The translations under genes were made by a program, and so were the position numbers. This document shows, one piece after another, positions 12,485-22,109 of a stretch of 64,000 nt of DNA. The stretch covers positions 17,765-81,764 of the forward strand of contig CAVRAW010000004.1 of assembly GCA_963719205.1 (NCBI GenBank), in the 5' to 3' direction. The DNA comes from Pirellulales bacterium (lineage in GTDB: Bacteria > Planctomycetota > Planctomycetia > Pirellulales > JADZDJ01). Every line of letters starts with the position of its first letter. Position 1 is the first letter of the stretch. The notes beneath the pieces are model-generated. The model saw only the letters and a program-made list of their open reading frames with translations, was not told the origin of the DNA and did no database searches.

Positions 12485-12985
12485 ATCGACAAGCACCATC
12501 GCATCAACGACCAAATTCGCGTCCCGCAAGTGCGGGTCATTGGAGCAGACGGAACACAATTGGGCGTGCTGGCCACGGAAGCGGCTCTTGCGGCAGCCCG
12601 AGAACGAGGCTTCGACCTGGTTGAGGTGGCCCCTACGGAAAAGCCGCCGGTTTGCCGAATCATGGATTTCGGCAAATTCAAGTACCAGCAGAAAAAGAAG
12701 TCGCACAAGCAGCACTCGCACCATGTGAAAATCAAGGAAATCCGCATCCGCCCCAAGACCGGCGACCACGACATCGAAACCAAGGTCAATCAGGCCCGCG
12801 GATTCCTGGAACACAAGGACAAGGTGATCGTCTCGGTGGTGTTCCGCGGCCGAGAACTGGCCCACATCGAGGAAGGCCACCGCGTGCTCAAGCACCTGCT
12901 GCAATTGCTGGATACCGACGGCAAACTCGAGACGCCGCCGATGCAGCAGGGCAAACGCATCGTCTGCACGCTGGTGCCCAAGTGA
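12485..12985 (+). CDS. infC: translation initiation factor IF-3 (probable ATC start)
   Basis: [24 protein letters not shown]...[31 protein letters not shown] at 12471-12475 is 9 nt before ATC 12485. Confidence 0.97.
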   Translation: MDKHHRINDQIRVPQVRVIGADGTQLGVLATEAALAAARERGFDLVEVAPTEKPPVCRIMDFGKFKYQQKKKSHKQHSHHVKIKEIRIRPKTGDHDIETKVNQARGFLEHKDKVIVSVVFRGRELAHIEEGHRVLKHLLQLLDTDGKLETPPMQQGKRIVCTLVPK

Positions 12986-13014
12986 CCGGCCGGATTGATA
13001 ACCGGATTGATAAA

Positions 13015-13037
13015 TAGCCCGACTGTATCAGTCGGGC
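13015..13037 (+). repeat. TAGCCC REP-like hairpin
   Basis: tagcccgactg-tat-cagtcgggc, related to the hairpin at 13736. Confidence 0.55.
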
Positions 13038-13125
13038 CAGCCTTTCACGGCCCTTTCGGTTTTAGGATAAACCGGGTAACATGTTGGTTTCGCCAGTCGG
13101 GAACGGTCGACGCCAGGGTAATTCG

Positions 13126-13329
13126 ATGCCGAAGATGAAAACACACAAAGGCGTGAAGAAGCGCTTCCGCGCCACGGCCAAGAACAAGGTGAAGCACCGC
13201 CGCGCCGGCACCAGCCACCTCAACAGCCGCATGACGCAAAAGCGCATCCGCCATTTGCGCCGCACCGGCGTCTTGGCGCCTCCCGACACCGCCCGCATCA
13301 TCGCCGCCCTGGCCGGAAACAGTTTGTAA
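13126..13329 (+). CDS. rpmI: 50S ribosomal protein L35
   Basis: MPKMKTHKGVKKRF...SHL....KR.R.LR, located between infC and rplT. Confidence 0.97.
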   Translation: MPKMKTHKGVKKRFRATAKNKVKHRRAGTSHLNSRMTQKRIRHLRRTGVLAPPDTARIIAALAGNSL

Positions 13330-13332
13330 ACA

Positions 13333-13358
13333 TTTAGCCCCGGGCTTGGCCCGGGGGT
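13333..13358 (+). repeat. TTTAGCCCCGGGC-N3-GCCCGGGGGT REP-like element, copy 1
   Basis: Near-identical to copies at 23880 and 27980. Confidence 0.85.
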
Positions 13359-13367
13359 AGCGTCATC

Positions 13368-13727
13368 ATGCGTACTACCAGCGCCGTCCCTCGAAACCGT
13401 GCCAAGAAGCGACTCTTCCGCAAGGTGAAGGGCTTCGTCGGCGGTCGTCGCAAACTGCTCCGCACCGCCACGGAAACATTGGTTCGCAGCGGCGTCTATG
13501 CTTTCCGCGATCGCCGGCACCGTCGCCGCGACCTGCGCAGCCTGTGGATCATCCGCATCAATGCCGCTGTGCGTGAACGTGGTCTCCGCTACGGACAGTT
13601 CATTAACGGGCTGGCCAAAGCCAAAATCGAACTCGACCGCAAGACGCTCTCCGAATTGGCCATCGCCGATCCGGCCGCCTTCGACGGCGTCGTGACGCTG
13701 GTCAAATCGGCGCTGGGCGTGAAGTAA
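13368..13727 (+). CDS. rplT: 50S ribosomal protein L20
   Basis: [42 protein letters not shown]. Confidence 0.98.
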   Translation: MRTTSAVPRNRAKKRLFRKVKGFVGGRRKLLRTATETLVRSGVYAFRDRRHRRRDLRSLWIIRINAAVRERGLRYGQFINGLAKAKIELDRKTLSELAIADPAAFDGVVTLVKSALGVK

Positions 13728-13735
13728 TCTGCACA

Positions 13736-13763
13736 TAGCCCGACCGTGCCGGTCGGGTTTTTT
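13736..13763 (+). terminator. intrinsic terminator of the infC operon
   Basis: cccgacc/ggtcggg stem followed by a T-run. Confidence 0.8.
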
Positions 13764-13770
13764 CATGCGC

Positions 13771-14494
13771 CTATTGCGCCGCGGCGCGCATAAGATCGTA
13801 GCCGATGGCGAAAATCCCGGCATCGACCAGCAAATGGCTGGCCCAGGGCCCATAGATCGAGCCGCTGCGCTGGTATAGCCACGCCCAAAATCCGCCGCCG
13901 ACTGCGGTAGCCAGCGAGAAAAACCACGTCCAGGGATTCGTCCAGCCGAAATACAGTGCCAGAACAATCACGTGATGCGCCATGAAGCCGATGCTGGAAA
14001 CGACAATTGCCGGCGCAAGAGCAACAAGCCGATTCAGCCGACCAAACACAAACCAGCGCCAGTAATATTCTTCCAGCAGCGAATGCAACAGCGAATAAAA
14101 CAGCGCCACGCCGCCGTAAACCACAGGGCTCGTAATGCCGATGCCACTAAGACGCCGAAGCATTTCGCCGCCGGCTGCGGCAAAAGTGCCCGCCGATTTG
14201 AACCACCCGAAATATAAAACGAACATTCCTCCGACAATCAGCGCGCACCAATCCGATTCCCGCAGCCAAGCCGCGCCGATTGAACGCCGGCCAGCGCAGC
14301 GATTCCCGGCAAATCAACCCGGCCCAAACCAGCGGCAATGCGAACTGCATTGCCTTTCCAACTCCATAGGCCGCCTGTTGCAGCGAAGAAGAGTGGCCCG
14401 CCAGCCACACGAAATAGACCAGCGTCAACAGCGACGGATACACCAGCGCGATTAGTAGAACCAGCCCTTCGAAACGAGCGCGCCCTTCACTCAT
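13771..14494 (-). CDS. CPBP (CAAX/Abi) intramembrane glutamic endopeptidase; indel near 14245
   Basis: EEYYWRW (EExxxR), FMAHH (FxxxH), SHLLVD, multiple TM segments. Confidence 0.88.
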
Positions 14495-14978
14495 CTTCCG
14501 CCAGATCGGCCTCGGTAATCATGTTGAAGCCCTTGCTGGCCAGCGTTTCCAGCCCCATTTCGATGTTGTCGACCATCAGGGCCACGGCGGGCCGGCCGTG
14601 CGGACGCAGCATTAGCGGATAAGCCTGCACGATGTTCACTTCGGCCTGCAACAGCGCCGTGCAGACTTGCAGCAAAGGCTGATGGCCTACCGGAAGCTCC
14701 ACGCCGATCAGATCGCTTTCGATCATCGCCAGGCCGGCGCGCTCCAGAATTTCGCGCCCCTGTTCCGGATGGCTGAGAAGGAAACGCACAAAGGCGCACT
14801 CGGCCGAATTGGTGATCGACAGGGCGACGATCTTCACCCGGCTCCCCTCGAATCGCCGCACCACTTCCAGGAGCTGCCCCACCCGGTTTTCCAAAAACAC
14901 AGTGAACTGGCGGATGGAGGGATAGTTCCGCCCGCGCGCGGTGGCAAATTCGGTGTCAATCCCTTCGCCGAAACTCAT
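14487..14978 (-). CDS. tandem ACT-domain protein
   Basis: QFTVFLENRVGQL, VNIVQAYP, ALMVDN. Confidence 0.85.
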   Translation of the reverse strand: MSFGEGIDTEFATARGRNYPSIRQFTVFLENRVGQLLEVVRRFEGSRVKIVALSITNSAECAFVRFLLSHPEQGREILERAGLAMIESDLIGVELPVGHQPLLQVCTALLQAEVNIVQAYPLMLRPHGRPAVALMVDNIEMGLETLASKGFNMITEADLAEDE

Positions 14979-15080
14979 GCGTAGCCTGCCGCGGCATTGG
15001 AGGGGAGGGCCGTGTCGAAAAGCGACGCCAAACGCCTGAAAATATAGGGCAGCTACAATGTTCCGTCAATGAGTGAGTGC

Positions 15081-15160
15081 GTGTCTGGTGTCTTGTGCCT
15101 AGTGTCTGTTCAAATCACCAATTGCTAACCAGCCCACTAGACACCAGACCACCAGACACC
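15081..15160. repeat. inverted 7-bp array directly upstream of a start codon
   Basis: gtgtctg gtgtctt gtgccta gtgtctg ... tagacac cagaccac cagacac c-ATG. Confidence 0.75.
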
Positions 15161-15550
15161 ATGCTCCGAGAGCACGACCTCCAAATCCGCGTCCGCTACC
15201 AGGAAACCGACGCTCAAGGTCGCCTGCACCATGCCAACTATTTCACCTACTTCGAAATGGGGCGCACGGAACTATTGCGGGCCTCGGGGATGAGCTACGG
15301 CCAGGTCGAAGCAGCCGGCTACATGCTGGTGGTGGCCGAGATCGGCTGCGAATATTTTCTGCCGGCGGCCTTCGACGATTTACTGACGCTGCGCACCACC
15401 ATCGTCAAAGCCAAAGGCGCGCGGATTTCGCATCAATACGAAGTCTTCCGCGGCGACGAACTGCTGGCGCGAGGTCGTTCGCTCGTGGCCTGCGTCGATC
15501 GCAGCGGCAAGCCGAAGAGAATCCCCGTCTGGCTGTTGCCTGATCGCTAA
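15161..15550 (+). CDS. YbgC/4HBT family acyl-CoA thioesterase
   Basis: RVRYQETDAQGRLHHANYFTYFEMGRTE. Confidence 0.92.
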   Translation: MLREHDLQIRVRYQETDAQGRLHHANYFTYFEMGRTELLRASGMSYGQVEAAGYMLVVAEIGCEYFLPAAFDDLLTLRTTIVKAKGARISHQYEVFRGDELLARGRSLVACVDRSGKPKRIPVWLLPDR

Positions 15551-15598
15551 GAAAGTGATCGTAAGCTGGCTTAGTTCGCCAGGCACACTTGACTCGTG

Positions 15599-16483
15599 TC
15601 ATCCGCCGGCGTTTCGCGCGCCTGGCTGTGGATTCACCAGCTCGTGTTTGATCGAATCCTTTAGGGTGCGCTTGACTGAATACATCAGGTCGTCGGCGAT
15701 CTTCAGCACCTCATCGATCGAAGCCGGCGGGATGATGAAGGTGGCCGCCCCAATGCTGAACGTCACCGGCCAGTTGCGCAGCGCCATCGCCTCCCGCAAC
15801 TTCGACTGCATACGATAAATGAACCGCCGGGCCGCATCGTAGTCCATCTCGGCGGCCAGGATCACAAACTCGTCGCCCCCGAAGCGGGCCGTCAAATCGC
15901 TATCTCGGGTATTGCAGCGCACGCAATCGGCCACCGCCTGCAACACCCGATCTCCTTCGGCATGTCCGAAGCGATCGTTCACATTTTTGAATTGATCCAG
16001 ATCGATGAAGATGGCCGTCAAAGGCTGTTTATTGCGGCGGCAGCGGGCCAGATCGCGCGGCCCACCTTCGAACAGCGAAGCTCGATTCGACAAGCCCGTT
16101 AGCTGATCGTAATGGCTCAACTGGTATTCGCGGTTCATCGCCCGCCGCATGCGAGTCAGCGCGTACGCAAAGGCAACAAACACCGCAAACCGCGTGAGTG
16201 CCTGCCAGTATTTCGCCAGATACGGAATGGGATCAGGCGGGCAAAATACGTCGTCCACGATCCACAGGATCGAGCTGAAGAACGACAGCACCACGGCCGC
16301 CCGAAAACCAAGCAACCAACATCCCAGCGACACGATCGGAAAATACAAGACGTAGACGGTATAGCGCTCGCCGCTAAGCCAATCGGCCACAGCCACGCCC
16401 AAGGTCAGCGCGAAGAACAGCGCCCACAGTGCGGCGCGCGGCCAGCGCGACAATCGGTCGATCAGCGGAAAATAGCGAAACAT
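15599..16483 (-). CDS. membrane-anchored diguanylate cyclase (GGDEF)
   Basis: N-terminal TM helices, DQLTGLSNR, DLDQFKNVNDRFGHAEGD, RDSD I-site, RFGGDEF. Confidence 0.93.
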   Translation of the reverse strand: MFRYFPLIDRLSRWPRAALWALFFALTLGVAVADWLSGERYTVYVLYFPIVSLGCWLLGFRAAVVLSFFSSILWIVDDVFCPPDPIPYLAKYWQALTRFAVFVAFAYALTRMRRAMNREYQLSHYDQLTGLSNRASLFEGGPRDLARCRRNKQPLTAIFIDLDQFKNVNDRFGHAEGDRVLQAVADCVRCNTRDSDLTARFGGDEFVILAAEMDYDAARRFIYRMQSKLREAMALRNWPVTFSIGAATFIIPPASIDEVLKIADDLMYSVKRTLKDSIKHELVNPQPGARNAGG

Positions 16484-16595
16484 GGCGGTCGGGCGTAGTC
16501 CTGGTAGCCAACAGGCGCAGAATTTCCTCCTCAAACATAGCTTGCACTTTGCCGCGGTTTTTCGCCCCCGGCCCTCGCCGGCCAAACGAAAAACC

Positions 16596-16991
16596 CTACG
16601 ATCTCGGCCGATACATCTGCCCCGGATCGGCTAGACGCTCGGCCACGATTTGATAGCCTTGCGGCGTCTGGCGGCGGAAAAAACAACTGCGATAACCTTC
16701 GTGGCAGGCCGGGCCGGTTTGCCGCACTTTGAGCAAGATCGTGTCGGCGTCGCAATCGACGTAAATCTCTTCGACCTGCTGCACGTGCCCGCTTTCCTCC
16801 CCCTTGCGCCACAGCTTTCCGCGCGATCGGCTGAAATACACCGCCTGCCCGGTCGCCACCGTTTGGGCATAGCTCTCGGCGTTCATCCACGCCATCATCA
16901 ACACTTCGCCCGTGCCGGCATCCTGCGCGATCGCCGGCAAGAGGCCGTCCCCCTTGGAAAAGTCAGGAATGTTGGCTTGAGGTTGAGCCAT
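16596..16991 (-). CDS. hisI: phosphoribosyl-AMP cyclohydrolase
   Basis: [33 protein letters not shown]. Confidence 0.96.
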   Translation of the reverse strand: MAQPQANIPDFSKGDGLLPAIAQDAGTGEVLMMAWMNAESYAQTVATGQAVYFSRSRGKLWRKGEESGHVQQVEEIYVDCDADTILLKVRQTGPACHEGYRSCFFRRQTPQGYQIVAERLADPGQMYRPRS

Positions 16992-17083
16992 GGCAATGAC
17001 GACATGCGGCGCGTGATTTGGTTCAGAATAGCCGACGCACCCGCGAATCGCCAGCGTAATCTCGATATACTGTGGGCCGACAA

Positions 17084-18495
17084 ATGAAGAGCGATCAGAC
17101 ACAACTTGGACCGCTCGACTGCACAGCGGCCGACGAAAAACTCGTGCAGCAGTTCGTCGGGATGAGTGCAGACGCAGTCCGGCGATTTCTTAACTACGTC
17201 GCCCACCAGAGCAGCCGCGCAGGCCTGGATTACATCAAGGACGACGGCACGCGGATTATCATTCCCATTACGCCCGCGCCGGCCATTTTCTCGGCCGATC
17301 AAGTGCGCGAACTGAGTCGGGCCTTCGCGGCATTGGCGGCCGCTGTGGCGAAAGTGGCCGCCGCCTGGCTCGATAGCGCCGCCTTGCAGCGCGTGTTGCC
17401 CTTGGAGCCCTACGAGGCCCAGTGGCTGGAACTGGCCAACGCCGCCCCCGGAAAGCCAGCCCAGCGGATGTTTCATCGCTGGGATTTCGCGATGAGCCTG
17501 GCCGACGATCCGGGCGCAGGGAATTTCAAACTGTTCGAAGTCAACTCGGTCGATGTCGGCGGCATCCACTATGCGGCGGCAGCCCGCAACGTCATGCATG
17601 CAGCGCTTGCGCATCAGGGTCTGGGCGATTTTTCGATCGCTGTGGACGATTGCGGCGACGACTCCCGCCTGATTCTCGAAACCGCTTTGCAAGATCACGC
17701 CGCGCACCTGGGAAAACCCTTGGCCCCCGTCGCCATCGCCGAGAATCAGGATTTCACCACCGGCATCACCGAAGCCGAATCGCTTCGCAAATACCTGAGC
17801 GATCGCGGCATCGAAACCCAGTGCGTCGACGCACGCAAAATCGCGGCCGATACTTTCCAGATCGTGTATCGCAACATCGAGCTTCGCGACCTGGCCGATT
17901 TGGAATCCGCCGGCGGCGACGTATCCGGCCTGCGCCCGCAGCCCGTCAAGGCGAATTGTTGTCGAGCCCCTTCGGCGAACTCGATCACAAAAGTTTGTGG
18001 GAGGCGCTGGGAAGCGAAGAATTCGCCGAGTTGTTCACTACCGACGAGCGACAGATGATCGCCCGCCACGTGCCTTGGACGCGCCTGATTTCCGAACGCA
18101 AGACAAGCGATGCCGGTGGCAAGCTAGTCGATTTGCACGATCATGTCCGTCGCAACCGCGAAACACTCGTCATGAAGCCCAACCGCAGTTGCGGCGGCCA
18201 AGGGGTCACCATCGGCTGCGTGACATCACAATTCCATTGGGAACACGTCTTAAATGATTCCATCCAATCGCCGAACACCTGGATCGTTCAGGAGTTCATC
18301 CCCATTCCACGCCGGCGAACTTGCCGTTTGATTGAAACAGGATGCTTCGAGGCGGAGGAAGTGTTTGCGGTCTACGGTGGTTACCATTCCGCCGGTGGGG
18401 TCGCTTTCGTCGGCCGCGCCAGCCGTAGCCCTGTGGTCAACGTGATGCAAGGCGGTGGCCTGCTGGCAGTGCTGGGAAGAATGCGGCGACAGTAA
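17084..18495 (+). CDS. glutathionylspermidine-synthase-like / circularly permuted ATP-grasp ligase; indel near 17940
   Basis: [58 protein letters not shown]. Confidence 0.75.
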
Positions 18496-18603
18496 CGGTC
18501 ATTTGCCCGTAAAAACTGCGTCGGCCACTTGGCGGCGGCTTTTCAGGCGGTTAGATTTTTATTTGCCCGAAACGTCTTTTCTCCATTCTGAGCGCTTCCG
18601 ACC

Positions 18604-19320
18604 GTGAGCACCGCCACCGCTTCGCTTGCCAAGTTGATCGATCTGGGCCTTCATCACCCCACGCTGACCGACGCCCAACTGCGTGCCGGCTGCGAAAAGG
18701 CGAAAAAGCTGCGCGTGGCAACCGTGTGCATCAAGCCGCACGCGGTGAAATTGGCCGCCGATATCCTCAAAGGATCTGACGTCGCCGTCTGCACGGTGAT
18801 CAGCTTCCCGCACGGCACTTCGGCCACCGAAATTAAAGCCGCCGAAGCGCAAAAAGCATGCGACGACGGCGCCGTCGAACTCGACATGGTCGTGAACATC
18901 GGCAAAGCGCTCGGCGGCGATTGGGAGTTTGTCGAGCGCGACATCAAAGCCGTCCTTGACGTCGCCCACAAGAATGGGGCGATTCTTAAAGTCATCTTCG
19001 AAAACGATTACGTCTCGGACGACGTGAAAATCAAGCTTTGCGAAATCTGCGGCAAGCTCGGCGTCGATTTCGTGAAAACCTCCAGCGGCTACGCCTACGT
19101 GCGGCAACCCGACGGCACTTTCCGCTCCAACGGCGCCACAGAGCACGACGTGGCCCTGATGCGCAAACATTCACCGGCGAATGTGCAAATCAAGGCCGCC
19201 GGCGGCGTGCGCACCCAAGCCGACGCCTTGAAGCTGGTCGAACTCGGCTGCACGCGCCTCGGCGTCAGTTCCGCCGAATCAATCCTCGGTACTTCTACTC
19301 AGAACAGCGAAGGTTATTGA
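18604..19320 (+). CDS. deoC: deoxyribose-phosphate aldolase
   Basis: TVISFPHG, ELDMVVNIG, LKVIFEN, DFVKTSSG, IKAAGGVR, RLGVS. Confidence 0.95.
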   Translation: MSTATASLAKLIDLGLHHPTLTDAQLRAGCEKAKKLRVATVCIKPHAVKLAADILKGSDVAVCTVISFPHGTSATEIKAAEAQKACDDGAVELDMVVNIGKALGGDWEFVERDIKAVLDVAHKNGAILKVIFENDYVSDDVKIKLCEICGKLGVDFVKTSSGYAYVRQPDGTFRSNGATEHDVALMRKHSPANVQIKAAGGVRTQADALKLVELGCTRLGVSSAESILGTSTQNSEGY

Positions 19321-19329
19321 GGCTTATTC

Positions 19330-20169
19330 ATGCTCCACCAAATTCCAAAAATCAAAGAGGCCGCCGAATATATCCGCAGCAAGTGGCCCACCAAGCCTCG
19401 CGCGGGAGTCATCCTCGGCACCGGCCTGGGCAACCTGGCCGACGCCGTCGAGAACCCGACCTACATTCCCTATCCGGAAGTTCCGCACTTTCCGCGATCC
19501 ACGGCCATCGGCCACAAAGGCCGCTTTGTGTGCGGAACCTTGTCGGGCTTGCCGGTGATCTGCATGCAGGGCCGCTTTCACTACTACGAAGGCTATCCGA
19601 TGTGGCAAATCACGCTTCCCGTGCGCGTGATGAAGGCCCTGGGCATCGATCTGCTGATCGTTTCCAACGCCAGCGGCGGCATGAATCCGCAATATCGCGC
19701 CGGCGACGTGATGGTGATGGAGGATCACATCAACCTGATGGGTAATAACCCGTTGATCGGCATCAACGACGATTCGCTCGGTCCGCGCTTTCCCGACATG
19801 AGCCAGCCATACAACCGAGAACTAATCGCCCGCGCCCTGGAAATCGGCCGCAAGGAAAACTTCGTCGTCCACTGCGGCACTTACGTCGCCGTCGCCGGGC
19901 CCAATTATGAAACCCGCGCCGAACTGCGCTTCCTGCGCAAAATCGGCGCCGACGTCGTGGGCATGTCGACGGTGCCGGAAGCCCTTGTGGCAGGCCACTC
20001 CGGCCTGCGCTGCTTGGCCCTCTCGACCGTGACCAACGAATGCCGCCCTGACGATCCCAACCCCAAGCCCACGACCGGCGAAGAAGTGGTCGCGACCGGC
20101 GCGAAAGCCGAACACAAAGTCCGCACCATCGTGATGGGAATTTTGGCGCAGGAAGCGAAGAAGAAGTAA
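19330..20169 (+). CDS. punA: purine-nucleoside phosphorylase (trimeric PunA/XapA type)
   Basis: ILGTGLG, QGRFHYYEG, GPRFPDMS, GPNYETRAE, VGMSTVPE. Confidence 0.95.
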   Translation: MLHQIPKIKEAAEYIRSKWPTKPRAGVILGTGLGNLADAVENPTYIPYPEVPHFPRSTAIGHKGRFVCGTLSGLPVICMQGRFHYYEGYPMWQITLPVRVMKALGIDLLIVSNASGGMNPQYRAGDVMVMEDHINLMGNNPLIGINDDSLGPRFPDMSQPYNRELIARALEIGRKENFVVHCGTYVAVAGPNYETRAELRFLRKIGADVVGMSTVPEALVAGHSGLRCLALSTVTNECRPDDPNPKPTTGEEVVATGAKAEHKVRTIVMGILAQEAKKK

Positions 20170-20222
20170 TCAAAAAGCTGTTTAGCATAGGCCGTTGGCG
20201 TCGGCCGCCAGGCCGAGTCGCA

Positions 20223-20262
20223 ACTCACCTACTCACCTACTCACCTACTCACTTACTCACCT
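20223..20262 (+). repeat. 5 x 8-bp tandem repeat (ACTCACCT)
   Basis: actcacct x3, actcactt, actcacct, ending 3 nt before ATG 20266. Confidence 0.9.
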
Positions 20263-20265
20263 CTT

Positions 20266-21564
20266 ATGAACATCAACCCGGTCGGCGTCATCGTCAAGAA
20301 ACGCGAGGGTGGCAAGCTCTCCACCGAAGAGATCAAGGAATTCATGGAAGGCTTCGTCGCCGGCGATGTGCCGGAGTATCAAATGGCCGCGCTGGCCATG
20401 GCCATCTATTTCAAGAGCATGGATGCCACGGAAACCGCCGCGCTCGTGGACGTCATGCTCCGCAGCGGCGCGACGCTGCAGTGGAACAAAGATTCCGGCA
20501 CGATGGTCGACAAGCATTCGACCGGCGGCATCGGCGACAAACTCTCGCTCCCATTGGCCCCGCTGTTGGCCTGTTGCGGCTTAAAAGTGCCCATGATCTC
20601 CGGCCGCGGCCTTGGCGCCACCGGCGGCACGCTCGATAAGCTCGAAGGCATCCCCGGCTTCCGCACCAACCTGTCGATGGACGAGATCAACAAAGTGGTC
20701 GCCAAAGTCGGCTGCGTGATCACCGGCGCCACCGCCGATCTGGTGCCCGCCGACCGAAAACTGTATGCCCTGCGCGATGTCAGCGGCACCGTGCCCAGCA
20801 TTCCGCTCATCTGCGCCAGCATCATGAGCAAAAAGCTGGCCGAGAACCTGCACGCCCTGGTGCTCGATGTGAAATGGGGCTCCGGCGCCTTCATGAAGAA
20901 GCAAGAAGACGCCCGCGCATTGGCCCAGGCGATGGTCAACACCGGCGCGCGGATGAACGTGAAAACCACCGCGCTCTTAACCGACATGAATCAGCCGCAC
21001 GGCCGCATGGCGGGCAACTCCGTCGAAGTGGATGAATCGGTCGCCACCCTGCGCGGCGAAGGCCCGCCCGACGTCGTCGAGCTGGTCCTCTCGCTGGGGG
21101 CCGAACTCCTGGTCTCCACCGGCCTCGACAAATCAACCGATGCCGCCAAGCAGCGCCTGCAGGGACACATCAAGTCCGGCGCGGGCTTGGAAAAATTCCG
21201 CGAAATGGTCGCGGCCCAAGGCGGCAATCTCGACACCAAGCGCACTATTGCCCCGGCTTCCGATGTGCCCTCAGAGAAGGCCGGCTACGTTACCGCGATG
21301 AATGTCGAGCAGCTAGGTATGTCGATCATCGAGCTCGGCGGCGGCCGCAAGAAACTGGGCGACAAGCTCGATCATTCCACCGGCTTGGAAATGTTGGTGC
21401 GCCTGGGAGACAAAGTCGACCGCGGCCAGCCCCTCGTGCGCATGTTCGCCCCGCCCGACAAAGCGCCACAAGCCAAAAAGATGGTGCTGGAAGCGATCAC
21501 GATTTCCGATTCGCAGCAGCCGGTGCCCAAGCTAATCGTCGAACGCATATTGCCCAAATCCTGA
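20266..21564 (+). CDS. pdp: pyrimidine-nucleoside/thymidine phosphorylase
   Basis: DKHSTGGIGDK, SGRGLGATGGTLDKLE, YALRDV.GTV.SIPLI.ASIMSKK. Confidence 0.95.
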   Translation: MNINPVGVIVKKREGGKLSTEEIKEFMEGFVAGDVPEYQMAALAMAIYFKSMDATETAALVDVMLRSGATLQWNKDSGTMVDKHSTGGIGDKLSLPLAPLLACCGLKVPMISGRGLGATGGTLDKLEGIPGFRTNLSMDEINKVVAKVGCVITGATADLVPADRKLYALRDVSGTVPSIPLICASIMSKKLAENLHALVLDVKWGSGAFMKKQEDARALAQAMVNTGARMNVKTTALLTDMNQPHGRMAGNSVEVDESVATLRGEGPPDVVELVLSLGAELLVSTGLDKSTDAAKQRLQGHIKSGAGLEKFREMVAAQGGNLDTKRTIAPASDVPSEKAGYVTAMNVEQLGMSIIELGGGRKKLGDKLDHSTGLEMLVRLGDKVDRGQPLVRMFAPPDKAPQAKKMVLEAITISDSQQPVPKLIVERILPKS

Positions 21565-21586
21565 ACCCTGAACCCCGCACCCTCTT

Positions 21587-21994
21587 ATGTCCAAACTCAC
21601 CGACCAACAGCGCAAAGATCTGGTTAAAGCGTGCTTGGACGTTCGCAAGAACGCTCACGCCCCGTACTCGAAGTTCCACGTCGGCGCCGCAATTCTTACC
21701 CAATCGGGAAAGATCATCACCGGCTGCAACATGGAGAACGCATCCTACGGCCTGACGATCTGCGCCGAACGCGGCGCCGCCTGTACCGCGATCGCGATGG
21801 GCGAAAAAAAGTGGCTTGCCATCGCCGTCTCCACGCCCGGCGGTTTTACGCCCTGCGGCGCTTGCCGGCAGGTCATCGCCGAGTTCGGCCCCGATATTCC
21901 CGTCTTGATCGTCGACGCGGATAAGCCGGACGCCGTCAAAGAAACCGACATGGAAACCCTGCTCCCCGGCCGGTTCATCTTTTCCAAAGACTAG
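21587..21994 (+). CDS. cdd: cytidine deaminase (homotetrameric type)
   Basis: APYSKFHVGAA, GCNMENASYGLTICAER, PCGACRQ. Confidence 0.96.
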   Translation: MSKLTDQQRKDLVKACLDVRKNAHAPYSKFHVGAAILTQSGKIITGCNMENASYGLTICAERGAACTAIAMGEKKWLAIAVSTPGGFTPCGACRQVIAEFGPDIPVLIVDADKPDAVKETDMETLLPGRFIFSKD

Positions 21995-22109
21995 TGGCTC
22001 GCCTAGTGGTTTGTCGGCGCACCGCAGGTTATGATCACGAAGCTAATCGTTTGTCTCGTCGCTGGCCAATCAAACTCTTCCGCTACCCATCTAACCCGCT
22101 GACGAAAAA

